Positions 25,028-38,756 are shown, numbered from the stretch's first letter. The stretch is DNA of 64,000 bases from Octopus sinensis (GCF_006345805.1 NC_043016.1:7812001-7876000), one strand, 5' to 3'. A program made the numbers and translations. Notes: generated by a model not told the origin, from the sequence alone.

Positions 25028-25454
25028 GGATCTTTTCGATTTGAACGGCAGTTTTTTCTAGCGGTGTCATATGAAATTGTCACCCATAATTATGACCCTA
25101 GTATCGATCTATTGCATTTCAATCTGTTTTAGGGTTAGGGTTAGTTAGGGTTAGGGGTGGGGGAAGGGTATCTTTTTTTCTTCACAAATGTAAATAAACC
25201 CAATCTGTTTCTTAAACGAGGGACATATTCATACGGCACAGAATGTTTTTTTTACCTCAATAGACGTCAGTGATTGGTTGAAATTGCAGAAATTGAAGAA
25301 AAAACAACAAATATCTTACAAACTATAGAATTTTCGCAATAAAGCCAAGGGAAAAAGATGTTTTATAAACACATTCTACCAGTATACGAAGTTTAAAATT
25401 TTTTAGTTACCTAGAAATTATGTAAAAAAACTGCCGTTCAAACGGAAAAGATCC
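25028..25454 (+). mobile_element. MITE with GG-terminal TIRs, 8-bp TSD and internal (TTAGGG)n
   Basis: TIR GGATCTTTTCGATTTGAACGGCAGTTTT / AAAACTGCCGTTCAAACGGAAAAGATCC; TSD GAAAATCG/GAAAATTG. Confidence 0.9.
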
Positions 25455-25544
25455 GAAAATTGCCTGAAATAATCATGGCTAGTTGGATATTTGATGTCAG
25501 TGTGAGTGATTGACGAAGCAAAACTGAGTTGAAGGGGAGAAAAA

Positions 25545-27103
25545 AGATAAAAAGAGCCTAGACTGTGGGTTCAGTCCTACAGTGCAGCACGTTGGACAAG
25601 GGTCTTCTACTATAGCTCCGGACCGACCAAAACCTTGCTGGTTGATTTGATAGATGGAAACTGTGTGGAATCCTGTAGTATGTGTGTGTGTGTGTGGTGT
25701 ATGTGTGGCGGGGGTATCTATATGCGTGCTTAAGGCGGCGAGCTGGCAGAAACGTTAGCACGCCGGGCGAAATACTTAGCGGTATTTCGTCTGCGTTACG
25801 TTGTGAGTTCAAATTCCGCCGAGGTCGACTTTATCTTTCATCCTTTCGGGGTCGATAAATTAAGTACCAGTTACGCACTGGGGTCGATGTAATCGACTTA
25901 ATACCTATGTCTGTCCTTGTTTGTCCCCTCTGTGTTTAGCCCCTTGTGGGTAATAAAGAAATAGGTATCTATATGCGTGCGTGTCTTTGTCTCCCATCGC
26001 TGATTGACAACCGATATTGGTATGTTTGCGTCTCCCTAACTTAGCGGCTCGACAAAAGACAACCGATAGTAAAATAGAATAAATAGTGGGATCGATTTGT
26101 TCGACTACAACCTTTCAAGGCCGTGCTCCAGCATGGCCACAGTCTCGTGACTGAAAACCCGTGAAAGAGCAAAAAGTAAAACGAAAAGGAATCTAAGAGA
26201 GGAGACGGTAATAGCAGAGATATGTGAGAAATGCGGTGGATGGCAACAGATTAAAAACAAAGGAAAAGGAAAAAACCTTGCTGCTTGATTTGATAGATGG
26301 AAACTGTGTGGAATCCTGTAGTATGTGTGTGTGTGTGTGTGTGTATGTGTGGCGGGGGTATCTATATGCGTGCTTAAGGCGGCGAGCTGGCAGAAACGTT
26401 AGCACGCCGGGCGAAATACTTAGCGGTATTTCGTCTGCGTTACGTTGTGAGTTCAAATTCCGCCGAGGTCGACTTTATCTTTCATCCTTTCGGGGTCGAT
26501 AAATTAAGTCCCAGTTACGTACTGGGGTCGATATAATCGACTTAATACCTATGTCTGTCCTTGTTTGTCCCCTCTGTGTTTAGCCCCTTGTGGGTAATAA
26601 AGAAATAGGTATTTCGTCTGCGTTACGTTGTGAGTTCAAATTCCGCCGAGGTCGACTTTATCTTTCATCCTTTCGGGGTCGATAAATTAAGTACCAGTTA
26701 CGCACTGGGGTCGATGTAATCGACTTAATACCTATGTCTGTCCTTGTTTGTCCCCTCTGTGTTTAGCCCCTTGTGGGTAATAGAGAAATAGGTATCTATA
26801 TGCGTGCGTGTCTTTGTCTCCCATCGCTGATTGACAACCGATATTGGTATGTTTGCGTCTCCCTAACTTAGCGGCTCGACAAAAGACACCGATAGTAAAA
26901 TAGAATAAATAGTGGGATCGATTTGTTCGACTACAACCTTTCAAGGCCGTGCTCCAGCATGGCCACAGTCTCGTGACTGAAAACCCGTGAAAGAGCAAAA
27001 AGTAAAACGAAAAGGAATCTAAGAGAGGAGACGGTAATAGCAGAGATATGTGAGAAATGCGGTGGATGGCAACAGATTAAAAACAAAGGAAAAGGAAAAA
27101 AAC
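25545..27103 (+). mobile_element. SINE B nested in a decayed SINE A, tandemly duplicated (period ~643 bp)
   Basis: SINE B has TSD GGTATCTATATGCGTGC; about 25630-26273 is repeated at about 26274-27103, with an extra SINE B half in unit 2. Confidence 0.85.
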
Positions 27104-27321
27104 AAGGGACCAAAGCGATCCACCTGGAATGAACCTGGAGAAAAAGTAGCTAAAAATAAAACAGAAGCAGTAACAAAAAAAATACAAATTTGGAAAAGTC
27201 ACGTCTAACCCATACCAGGGACAAGAAGCATAAACAGGCAAAACAATGGTGATAAGGAAGAGGAGGAGAAGGAGGAAGATGTGGGAATGGCGACGACGGG
27301 GGTGATGATGATGATGATGAT

Positions 27322-27657
27322 GCGTCTGAGTTCAAATTCCGCCGAGGTCGACTTTGCCTTTCATCCTTTCGGGGTCGATAAATTAAGTACCAGTTACGCA
27401 CTGGGGTCGATGTAATCGACTTAATCCGTTTGTATGTCCTTGTTTGTCCCCTCTGTGTGTAGTAAAGAAATAGGTATTTCGTCTGCCGCTACGTTCTGAG
27501 TTCAAATTCCGCCGAGGTCGACTTTGCCTTTCATCCTTTCGGGGTCGATTAAATAAGAACCAGTTACGCACTGGGGTCGTTGTAATCGACTTAATCCGTT
27601 TGTCTGTCCTTGTTTGTCCCCTCTGTGTGTAGCCCCTTGTGGGTACTAAAGAAATAG
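27322..27657 (+). mobile_element. Two tandem 5'-truncated SINE B bodies
   Basis: Family B body occurs twice. Confidence 0.85.
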
Positions 27658-27736
27658 ATGATGATCGTGAAAACGACGATGGTAATATATCTATATTACA
27701 CACATGCCCAACGTATATTTACATAGAAACACGTTA

Positions 27737-27794
<58 letters not shown>

Positions 27795-27909
27795 TGTGCT
27801 TGAGTGAGTGCGTGTGTTAGCATTATATGAAATTACTTTCACCTTATCAATCAAGCAACATGTGTAGTGGAGTGTAAGGCCTTGCCCTCTCTCTCTCTCT
27901 CTCTTCTTT

Positions 27910-28205
27910 CTCACCACCACCACCAACACCAACACCACCACCACCACCACCGCCGCCGCCGCCGTCTCCGCCGCTGCCGCCGTCGCCGCCACCACAACTC
28001 CCGCCGCCGCTGCCGCCGTCGCCGCCACCAGCACTAGTACCACCACCACCACCACCACCACCACCGCCGCCATCTCGAATCCTGATCGCAGCACCAGCAC
28101 TGCCGCCACCGCCACCGCCGCCGCCACCGCCGCCGCCACCGCCGCCGCCACCACCTCCGCGATCACCAGTACCGTCGCCATCAGCACCACCGTCGCCATC
28201 ACACC
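27910..28205. repeat. GC-rich (CCA/CCG)n low-complexity tract
   Basis: Directly visible; all three + frames stop at or before about 28232. Confidence 0.9.
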
Positions 28206-28565
28206 ACCTCGTTAATGCCGGTTGGTAACAGCTTACAATGTTCCCACTCACCCAACGTTCCACCCGTTAAAGCACGAGCACCGCACCCCACCCAGCTTTG
28301 GGACAGGTGAGTCATTCTCTTAATTACTTACCAACCTAATGTATGGGTTAGGGTTGTGTATGCTATGGTAAGCTGGTATGGTGTGTTGTAGCACTGTATT
28401 TATTTTAAGGTATTGGCAGGGTGGTACTGGTGGGGTGGCAGTGGAACAGCAAAATGCGACAGCAGCTCTCTTTACACACGTACATGCATACATTCATACA
28501 TAAACATATACATACGCATATACACAAACACACACATACATACATACACACACACACACACACGC

Positions 28566-28601
<36 letters not shown>

Positions 28602-28699
28602 CATTATTCAATTTATTTCAAGATTTCTTACCAATACAGAAACAGTCCAGTTTCTAACCTATATCCAACGTTCCTTCATTGGAATTTCAACATCAGTAT

Positions 28700-29110
28700 A
28701 TGTATGCGTATATGTATGCGTATATGTATGTATGTATGTATGTATGCATGTATGTATGTATGTATGTATGTATGTATGTATGTATGTATGTATGTATATA
28801 TGCATGTATGCATGCATGCATGCATGCATGCATGTATGTATTTATGTATGTATGTATTTATGTATGTATGTATGTATGTATTTATGTATTTATGTATGTA
28901 TGTATGTATTTATGTATGTATGTATGTATGTATGCATGCATGCATGTATGTATGTATGTATGTATGTATGTATTTATGTATGTATGTATTTATGTATGTA
29001 TGTATGTATATATGTATGTATGAACGTATGTATGTATTTATGTATGTATGAACGTATGTGTGTATGTATGTATGTACGCACATATGTACGTACATATGTA
29101 TGTATGAATG
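28700..29110. repeat. (TATG)n microsatellite
   Basis: Directly visible. Confidence 0.95.
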
Positions 29111-29209
29111 GATGGATGTGTGCAGATTTGTATGTTTTGCTTTATGTATGTATTCTCATGCATATAGTCGCTCGTCTAGACATGCTCATATGTACTTAAA
29201 TGATAAACT

Positions 29210-29470
29210 TCTAAAAAGTTTTACAGATCTTTGCAGTTCCAGTGATGGCTTGAATCTGTAGTCTTCCAATCAGCTTTCTCCTTTCTGGTTTTGAGAAGCC
29301 TTAATGTCTCAACATTGATATTTAGGGAGTATGTTACATATCCCAGTGTCCCAATAATTACAGGTATAAAACTTAACTTGTAATCTGCATTGAGTAACTG
29401 CGGATTTCTCAACAGTTCAGCATGGGTATTCCCTTTTCCACTGATCTTCAGCCTTATGCTAACATCCCAT
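29210..29470 (-). mobile_element. RLE-type (R4-like) non-LTR C-terminal relic
   Basis: RNPQLLNADYKLSFIPVIIGTLGYVT resembles the post-endonuclease IPxIxGxLG motif. Confidence 0.5.
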
Positions 29471-29610
29471 TACAAAACAAAACAAAACAAAACATTGATT
29501 GCAGTAGAATGGTAAATAAACGCTTTCAAATCAACCACATGCTCAGTCAATTCTTCCACATTAAAAAAAATGTAATCTGACAATTAATTGATAAGTAAAA
29601 TTTATTAATT

Positions 29611-29782
29611 AGGCGCAGGAGTGGCTGTGTGGTAAGTAGCTTGCTAACCAACCACATGGTTCCGGGTTCAGTCCCACTGCGTGGCACCTTGGGCAAGTGT
29701 CTTCTGCTATAGCCCCGGGCCGACCAATGCCTTGTGAGTGGATTTGGTAGACGGAAACTGAAAGAAGCCCATCGTATATATG

Positions 29783-29835
<53 letters not shown>

Positions 29836-30068
29836 TGTGTGTGTGTGTGTTGTGTGGGTGTGTTGTGTTTGTGGTGTGTTTGTCTCCCTAGCATTGCTTG
29901 ACAACCGATGCTGGTGTGTTTACGTCCCCGTAACTTAGCGGTTCGGCAAAAAGAGACCGATAGAATAAGTACTGGGCTTACAAAGAATAAGTCCCGGGGT
30001 CGATTTGCTCGACTAAACGCGGTGCTCCAGCATGGCCGCAGTCAAATGACTGAAACAAGTAAAAGAGA
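29611..30068 (+). mobile_element. SINE family A, full length
   Basis: Family A motifs. Confidence 0.9.
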
Positions 30069-30081
30069 ATTAGCATTAATA

Positions 30082-30165
30082 CAGGAGAATTAGCCTAATT
30101 CGTCTTTGGTTAGTTCGTTACTTTCAATTTTCTCCTAGGGACGACTAATTAGGCGAAATCTACTG
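30082..30165. mobile_element. Tiny pogo-type MITE (TA TSD); second copy at 30461-30529
   Basis: TA-CAGGAGAATTAGCCTAATTCGTC ... GACGACTAATTAGGCGAAATCTACTG-TA; second copy TA-CAGTAGAATTTT ... GACGAATTAGGCAAAATTCTACCG-TA. Confidence 0.55.
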
Positions 30166-31004
30166 TATTTTTAAAAAATTAATTATTTTATTTCATTTTT
30201 AAAATAGCGCTCTTCCAGAAATAAGCCCATGGGCTCAAATACAGTCTTAAATAATTTCACTTAAATAATTTTTTTTTTTCTGAAAATAATAAAAATTACT
30301 GGGGTTATATACATGAAAAAAATTTCTGAATATAAGCCCATAGGCTTAAAATCGGATGGGCATTTTTTGGAAAAAAAAACAGTAATGTTTTTATAATTTT
30401 TGTTTTAATAAAATATAGTAAATTTTTAAAATCTTGTTCTCGGCTGCAATATTATAAGTACAGTAGAATTTTAATTTTAAGTACTTTTTTGTTTCCTTTG
30501 GGGGTGACGAATTAGGCAAAATTCTACCGTAGAAATCTCGTTCTGTACTTCTCCTGGTGTAATATTAACATGCATGCACCCGCATTTTTCATTGTAATGT
30601 ATGTATGTATGTATGTATGTATGTATGTATGTATGTATGTATGTATGTATGTATGTATGTATGTATGTATGTATTTCTACCTTTCTTAAACCCTAATTTT
30701 CTACTTACACGTTTACGTTGTCTATCTTGCCCACTTTGTCTTTTTCTACCTTGCTACCTGCCTTGGCTAGAAAATTACTCTCACACCTTGACAGATAATT
30801 TTACCTTTTATCGTACCTGCCTAAATATTCTATTGCCGGCACAATATCTTAATTTTTTGCCTTTTTTATTTATCTTTTAGTCTTTTTACAACACTGAACG
30901 CATGCAGTTGGCTTTTGTTTTTCCCAGGCAGTGGTAATAAAAATTCTGAAAGTAATAATATAAATTTAACCGGCTTAAAACTTTGTTGACTTTTTAAAAT
31001 CAAT

Positions 31005-31436
31005 GGATCTTTTCGGTTTGAACGGCAGTTTTTTAAAATAATTTCCACGTAACTAAACACTTTTAAACTTCGTATACTGGTAGAATGTGTTTATAAAACA
31101 TCTTTTTCTCTCTTGGCTTTATTGAGAAAATTCTATAGTTTGTAAGATATTTGTTGGTTTATTTTCTTCAATTTCTGCAATTTCAACCAATCAATGACGT
31201 CTATTGAGGTGAAAACATTCTGTGCCTCGTTTAAGAAACTGATTGGGCTTATTTACATTTCTGAAGAAAAAAGATACCTTTCCCCCCACCCCTAACCCTA
31301 ACCCTAACCTTAACCCTAACTAACCCTAACCCTAAAACGGATTGAAATGCAATAGATCGATACTTGGGTCATAATTATGGGTGACAATTTCATATGACAC
31401 CGCTAGAAAATACTGCCGTTCAAACCGAAAAGACCC
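31005..31436 (-). mobile_element. Second copy (inverted) of the telomere-repeat MITE
   Basis: Same TIRs; perfect 8-bp TSD AAATCAAT (30997-31004 and 31437-31444); internal (CCCTAA)n. Confidence 0.92.
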
Positions 31437-31454
31437 AAATCAATTTTTCAATAC

Positions 31455-32813
31455 CCTTATCAATATGGCAAGTGGTTATAAAAATCCTAAAAAAAAGAAG
31501 GGCTGGTGAACATGCTTTGTTTGATGAAAAATGGACAGAGCTTTATTTTTTTTTATTGAAATAAGTAACAAGTGCATTTGTCTTATTTGCAACGAACAAG
31601 TAGACATTCATAATATTGAGAGGTATTTTGTGGGTAAGCATAAGACCTATGAAAATCTGAAAGAATTTGAACGTTTGGACAAGATAGCCTCTTTGAAAGA
31701 AAAACATAACGATGATGAATTCGTGAAAGAATGCATCATTACTGCTGTTGAGAATATATACCCGGAAAAAACTTAATTTGTTTGGAAATATTAGCTTATG
31801 AAGAACTGTTTTTGTTTTTATTAAAGATATTGCTGATGACATTCAAAATTCTCTAAAATCTGAATCAGCAGAAATTGTATTGTATTCATTAGGCGCAGGA
31901 ATGGCTGTGTGGTAAGTAGCTTGCTTACCAACCACATGGTTCCGGGTTCAGTCCCTCTGCGTGGCACCTTGGGCAAGTGTCTTCTACCATAGCCTCGGGC
32001 CGATCAAAGCCTTGTAAGTGGATTTGGTAGACGGAAACTGAAAGAAGCCCGTCATATATATGTATATATATATATATATATATGTCTGTGTTTGTCCCCC
32101 CTACATCGCTTGACAACCGATGCTGGTGTGTTTACGTCCCTGTAACTTAGCGGTTCAGCAAAAGAGACCGATAGAATAAGTACTAGGCTTACAAAGAATA
32201 AGTCCTGGGGGTTGATTTGTTTGACTAAAGGTGGTGCTCCATCATGGCCGCAGTCAAATGACTGAAACAAGTAAAAGAGTATTAGCTATTGATGAGACAA
32301 CTGATCTGTATAATACTGCTCAGATGGCAATATTTATACGTGGAATAACTGCAGAATTCAACATTCGGGAAGAATTTCTTGCCTTGAAATCAATGCGTGG
32401 AACAACTAGAGTTGAAGATTTACTTCAAATAGTCGACTCAGCCTTGAAAGATTTTGATTTATCGTATGAAAAAATGAGTTGTCTTGCTACAGACGGCACT
32501 CCATCTATGGTAGGTCATGAAAAAGGGTTCGTAGCTCTGATTAACAATGAATTTAAGAAGCGTCTTTTGGATCCGGAAATTTTAATTGTGTGTCTCTGCT
32601 TTATTCATATGGAAAGTTTGAGTGCAAAATCTCTCAAGATGAACAATGTAATGAAAGTTGTAACTAAGGCTGTTAAATTGGATAAAAAGCAAAGGGTTGA
32701 ATAATAGGGAATTTAAAGAATTTTTGAAAGATCTTGAAACCGAATATGGGGATTTATTGTACCATTGTGAAGTCAGGTGGTTAAGTAAGGCCCAAATGCT
32801 TAAGCAATTTTAC
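31455..32813 (+). mobile_element. hAT transposase relic (GTF2IRD2/SPIN-like), interrupted
   Basis: N-terminal CLICNE zinc-finger-like motif, YS|LAIDETTD catalytic motif, TDGTPSMVG and YHCEVRWLS; frameshifted. Confidence 0.85.
31892..32280 (+). mobile_element. SINE family A inserted in the hAT catalytic motif
   Basis: Short TSD ATTAG; removing the SINE restores AEIVLYSLAIDETTD. Confidence 0.9.
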
Positions 32814-34030
32814 TTCCTGTTTACATCGAAGGCGGGAATCCGGATGGTCCCTGTGCAAAGACAATCTGAACACAGGTGTTGTACTGAATAACCGGTAGAG
32901 CGTAAATGGCATGAGACCGGGGTGTCTAATGTTTTGGAGGTGCTCTGCAAACCGGTCAGCCAAGCGGTGTCCCGTTTGACCGATGTACAGAGAAGGGCAG
33001 AAAGAGCAGTGGATTCAGTAAATGACGTTGCTAGAAGTGCAGGTAAAGGAGTTGGTGATATGACTGGGGTGATGATGGGTGCCTGTGAGAATGGTGGTGT
33101 TGGAGAGATAGAAGCAAGTGCAACAGCATGGGTGGGAGGTGGGTTAGGGAAGAAACTGTCGACCAGGAGGTCCTGTAGGTTGTGGGCTCGTTTGAAGGAA
33201 GGAAAGGGTAGGTTGGGGAAGATGTGCGAAGTAGAGGGTTCGGACTGGAGTTGCTGGAAGGCTCGGAGAATGGTGCGTTGGAAAGGCAGGGTGGAGGGTG
33301 GTAGGTGAGGGGAAACGGGAGACAGGCAACGGTGGGGCGGGTGTGTGGAGAGATAGTAGAGGCATGGTTCACATGCTCTGGCAAGGGCTGAGTGGATGAA
33401 GCGGTGAGCCATGAGTTGAAACTGAGTCTCAAAGTCGTGGTTGTCACTGCAGAGCCTGCGTAGACGGAGTATTTGAGTGTAGGAGATGGAGAACTTGGTG
33501 TGGGTAGGGTGGGAGGAGAAGTTAAGGTATGAGTGTGAGGAGAAGTTAAGGTATGAGTGTGAGTCGATATGTTTGTAGTGGATGAAGGTAGTGAGAGTGG
33601 TGTTATGTATGTTGACCAAAATATTGAGAAAGGTGACGGAAGTGTTGGAAATAGTGCTGGAGAATTCGAGGGCATGATGGAGGGATTAGACAAAAGAGAG
33701 GAAGGAGTCTAGTTGTTCACGGGAGAGTGAGGCCACACTGATAGAGTCATCAATTTAACGACCGTATAGTTCGGGAGTGGGACCAGTGAATCTTGAAAAT
33801 ATTTGGGCCTCAACGTAGCCAAGGAACAGGTTTGCACAGCTGGGGCCATTCTCGTTCCCATGGCCACTCTCGAGAACTGTTCGTAAAAATCTTCTGTGAA
33901 CAAGAAGCAGTTGAGGGAGAGATTAAGTTCGGCCAGATGAAGAAGTATGGACGTGTTAGGTTGGGGGTTCGATCGAAGGTTTAGGAAGTGTTCGAAAGCA
34001 AGAAGCCCTTCGTTGTGTGGGATTACCATA
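32814..34030 (-). mobile_element. Penelope-like retroelement relic (RT 3' half plus GIY-YIG)
   Basis: VIPHNEGLLAFEHFL..VAMGTRMAP (RT), SFKRAHNLQDLLV, and ..LADRFAEHL (GIY-YIG); frameshifted. Confidence 0.85.
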
Positions 34031-34093
34031 TGTAGATTCTTGATATCAAGAGTGAAGAGAAGTTTAGAGGGACCAGGAAGGAGAATGAGTTAA

Positions 34094-34147
<54 letters not shown>

Positions 34148-34162
34148 TTAGATAGATAGATT

Positions 34163-34214
<52 letters not shown>

Positions 34215-34349
34215 TATAGATAGATAGATAGACAGATAGACAGACAGACACACACACACACACACATATACATACATCATGTGTATATATATGCATATAT
34301 GTATATTTGTGTGTGTGTGTATGTGAGTGTGTATGTGTGTGTATGTTAT

Positions 34350-34862
<513 letters not shown>

Positions 34863-35148
34863 GTGTGTGTGTGTACATGTAGCCATTTGTATAATATATA
34901 AAGTTGTGACCTCCAGGCTGTACCACCACTCCATCAACACTGTTTCCTACCTACCACCGCCATCACCAGCACCACCACCACCACACCACAAGCACCAACA
35001 CCACTACCACCAATACCACCGCTGCCGCCGCCCCCCACCAATACCACCACCATCACCACCAATACTACTACAGCAACTACGACGGCAACGACGATGACTA
35101 CTACTACTACTACTACTACTGGTGCTGCTGCTGCTGCTACTGCTGCTG

Positions 35149-35179
<31 letters not shown>

Positions 35180-35549
35180 CATTATTACTCTCACTCTTTC
35201 ACTTCCTCTGTCTTCTACTCATTCCTCTCCCCTTAACTCAGTCTCCTTTCCGCTACCAATGTCTGGATGTCTGGAACGATTATCCATCTCCAGTGAAGTG
35301 TAATTGTGTATAAACTGTACTTCCTCCTCAGAAAGAATATGATATTACAATTTCAAATGTACAAAAGAGACCCATCCTCATTGAATATTTTAAGGGATTC
35401 CGATGCTAAGCTCCCGATGCTAAATTGGTACTTTGGTAATAATGACATTCCATCCATCCAGCACAGGAAAATACCAATTAATAACAAACAACATCCAAGT
35501 TTTGACCTACCCAGACTCATACATCACCTTTAAACTGCACCTTCTGGTT

Positions 35550-36010
35550 TCCCTCTCTCTCTCTCTCTCTTTCTCTCTTTCCTTTTCTCTCTCTCACTCC
35601 TCTCTCGCTTTCTTTTTCTTTCCTTTCTTTCTCTCTCTCTTTCTCTCTTTCCTTTTCTCTCTCCCTCTCTCACTCCTCTCTCGCTTTCTTTTTCTTTCCT
35701 TTCTCTCTCTCTCTTTCTCTCTTTCCTTTTCTCTCTCCTTCTCTCACTCCTCTCTCTGGCTTTCTTTTTCTTTCCTTTCTCTCTCTCTCTCTCTTTCACT
35801 CTTTCCTTTTCCCTCTCCTTTCACTTTCCCCCTCCCTCTCTCTCCTCTATTGCAGTTTTTCTTTTTTCCTGTCATTTTTTTAAATATTTTTCTCAGTCTG
35901 CCCCACCTCACCATCCTTCCCTTCAGCCTTTCCTTCTCTCACGCCCTCCTTCTCTCTCTCTCTCTCAATCACTACCCTCTTCTCCCTCAACCTCTTCCCC
36001 TCTCTCTCAA
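35550..36010. repeat. Polypyrimidine tract with about three higher-order repeats (~75 bp) in 35550-35790
   Basis: CTCTTTCCTTTTCTCTC..TCACTCCTCTCTC.GCTTTCTTTTTCTTTCC recurs three times. Confidence 0.8.
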
Positions 36011-36087
36011 TCTTTAGTATTTTACTGTCACTATTTAAAATGCAAATGACAGACTCAAGGACATTTAAGATTTCATAAATATCTGTT

Positions 36088-36151
<64 letters not shown>

Positions 36152-36175
36152 CACGCATCCATTTCCATGTAAGTT

Positions 36176-36218
<43 letters not shown>

Positions 36219-36334
36219 ATATATATATATATACATACACACACATATACATACATGTATATATACAACACACACATAATACATACATACATATATATAT
36301 ATTTATAAATATATACATATACACACATACATAT

Positions 36335-37631
36335 ATCATCATCATCATCGTTTAACGTCCGCTTTCCATGCTAGCATGGGTTGGATGATTTTGACTGAAG
36401 GCTAGCGAACCAGATGGCTGCACCCGGCTCCAATCTTGATATGGCAGAGTTTCTACAGCTGGATGCCCTTCCTAATGCCAACCACTCTGAGAGTGTAGTG
36501 GCTGCTTTTTACGTTCCACCAGCATGGGGGCCAGTCAGGCAGTACTGGCAATGACCTCGCCTGAATCTTTTTACACATGCCACCGGCACAGGTGCCAGTA
36601 AGTCGACGCTCGAATGGTGTCCTTTTATGTGCCACCGGCACAGAAGCCAGTTGGCTTTTCTGGCAACGATCACGCTTGGATGGGGCTCTCGGCACCCTAC
36701 TAGCACGGGCACAAGTGCCAGTAAGGTGATGCTGGTAAAGATCACACTCGAATTGTGCCCTTTTATGTATCACTGGCACAGAAGCCAGTTAGCTGCTCTG
36801 TCAAACGATCACACTCGTATGATGCTCTTTGCACCCCGCTAGCACGGATGCCAGTCGTTGAATTTGATTTTGATTTCACTTGCCTCAACAGGTCTTCGCA
36901 AGCAGAGTTTAGTGACCAAAGAAGAAAAGGGTACACATAAGCGGGCTGCTTATGCTCCTGGCATAGGCCACAAGTTATGGTCTCATTTGGCTTGCCGGGT
37001 CTTCTCAAGCACAGCATATTTCCAAAAGTCTCAGTCGCTAGTCATTTCCTTGGTGAGGCCTAATGTTCGAAGGTCATGCTTAACCACTGCATCCCAGGTC
37101 TTCCTGGGTCTACCTCTTCCACAAGTTCCCTCAACTGCTAGGGTGTGGCACTTTTTCACACAGCTATCCTCATCCATTCTCACCAGCGCAGTCGTTTCTC
37201 TTGCACACCACATCTAACGCTTCTTAGGTCCAAATTTTCTCTCAAGGTACTTACACTCTGTCGAGTATGCACACTGACATTACACATCCATCGGAGCATA
37301 CTGGCTTCATTACTTGCGAGCTTACGCATGTCCTCAGCAGTCACTGCCCATGTTTCACTGCCATGTAGCATGGCTGTCCGTACACATGCGTCATACAGTC
37401 TACCTTTTACTCTGAGCGAGAGGCCCTTTGTCACCAGCAGAGGTAAGAGCTCTCTGAACTTTGCCCAAGCTATTTTTATTCTAGCAGCTACACTTTCAGC
37501 GCACCCTCCTCTGCTACTAACTTGGTCACCTAGGTAAAGGAAGCTGTCAACTACTTCTAGTTTTCCTCCCTGGAATGTGGCGGAAGTTGGTCTCTGTGCA
37601 TTTTCAGTGTTTATTGCTCCTGAGCATCTGT
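36335..37631 (-). mobile_element. RTE-clade LINE, 5'-truncated, long 3' UTR and (GAT)n tail
   Basis: LEVVDSFLYLGD..LRVKGRLYDACVRTAMLHGSETWAV..RLRW..GRGRPRKTW. Confidence 0.9.
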
Positions 37632-37719
37632 TATATACAAAAACTATCTTCCCATAATATCATCATCATCATCATTTAACATCTGCCCTCCATGCTAGCA
37701 TTGATAGGGAACGATGAAT

Positions 37720-38593
37720 ATACTGCCATCTAAATTACACAAAATTGAAAATAACACTGACATCTCATTTTAACAGATATATTTACCAAACTTACAGAAA
37801 AATATCTAAAAAGTAAATACTAAAACGTAAATTTATTCAATAAATTCACCATTTGCTTCAACAACAACCTCCAGACAATTTCAGAATCTCCTGCAACTCA
37901 TCTGGATAGTCTCCTTGTTTAAGTTGGTGAATACTGCCAAAATCCTTGTCTTCAATTCATCTTTGGTGTTACAAGGAGTTTTGGTCTCTTGCTCAACTGC
38001 ACCCCACACATAATAATCCAGGGGATTGCAGTGTGGGGAGTTAGGCGGCCAGATGTCAGGGGTGATATGGTCGCAGACTGTCCGATAGCCATAACTGAGT
38101 TCTCCTGCTTGTGTGGCATGGTGCATAGTCCTGTTGCCAGATGTAGGGTCTTACAGCAGCAACCCTCTCCTCCCAGGGCAGCACTACCACCTCCAGGCAC
38201 TTGATGTGGGCCTCTGTGTTGAGTCTGAGGCTGTGTGGGAAGATGAATGGTGGCATAATGTCACCATCACTAGTGATCATTCCAAACACCATGATGTTGG
38301 CTGGATGTTTGATTTTTATCACTCTTGGTATATGGTTTGGGGACACTGAGAGCCAATGGTTGTTCTATGTATTCACCATCTGTTCGTATTGGAGCTTCCA
38401 GTGTGAATGCCAAGTAATACAGCATGTCATTTCCAAATTTCTGGCAGAGTGGATTGAGTCATGGTGTTGTTATTCTCACAGACAGTGCCCAACTGATCCT
38501 ACTATACTGTGTAGTCATAAAAATCAAGACCAAATAATACACATGCACGAAACTAAAAATATAAAATGGCGACAATTTTGCCATCGCAGCCTG
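37720..38593 (-). mobile_element. mariner, DD37D (maT/Bmmar1-like) relic with one TIR
   Basis: VFGMITSDG, WQQDYAPCHT..WPPNSPHCNPLDYYVWG with 37-residue D-D spacing across a frameshift; TIR TA-CAGGCTGCGATGGCAAAATTGTCGCC at the right end. Confidence 0.85.
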
Positions 38594-38756
38594 TATATAT
38601 ATATGTGCGTATGTGTATGTGTGTGTGTGTGTGTACGTGTGCATACATATATGCATATGTATGTATGTATATGTGTGTGTGTGTATATATATATATATAT
38701 CGTTATTATTATATATTTATATGTATGTATTACATATATGCATGTATATATGTATG

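Noticed and set aside
25131-25157. (TTAGGG)n as a true telomere or chromosome-fusion relic (also 31290-31333)
   Set aside because: Internal to a TIR/TSD-bounded MITE present twice.
27910-28293. Poly-Pro/Ala/His tract followed by a perfect donor CAG|GTGAGT at about 28287
   Set aside because: All three + frames stop before the donor; at most a non-coding exon, and unsupported.
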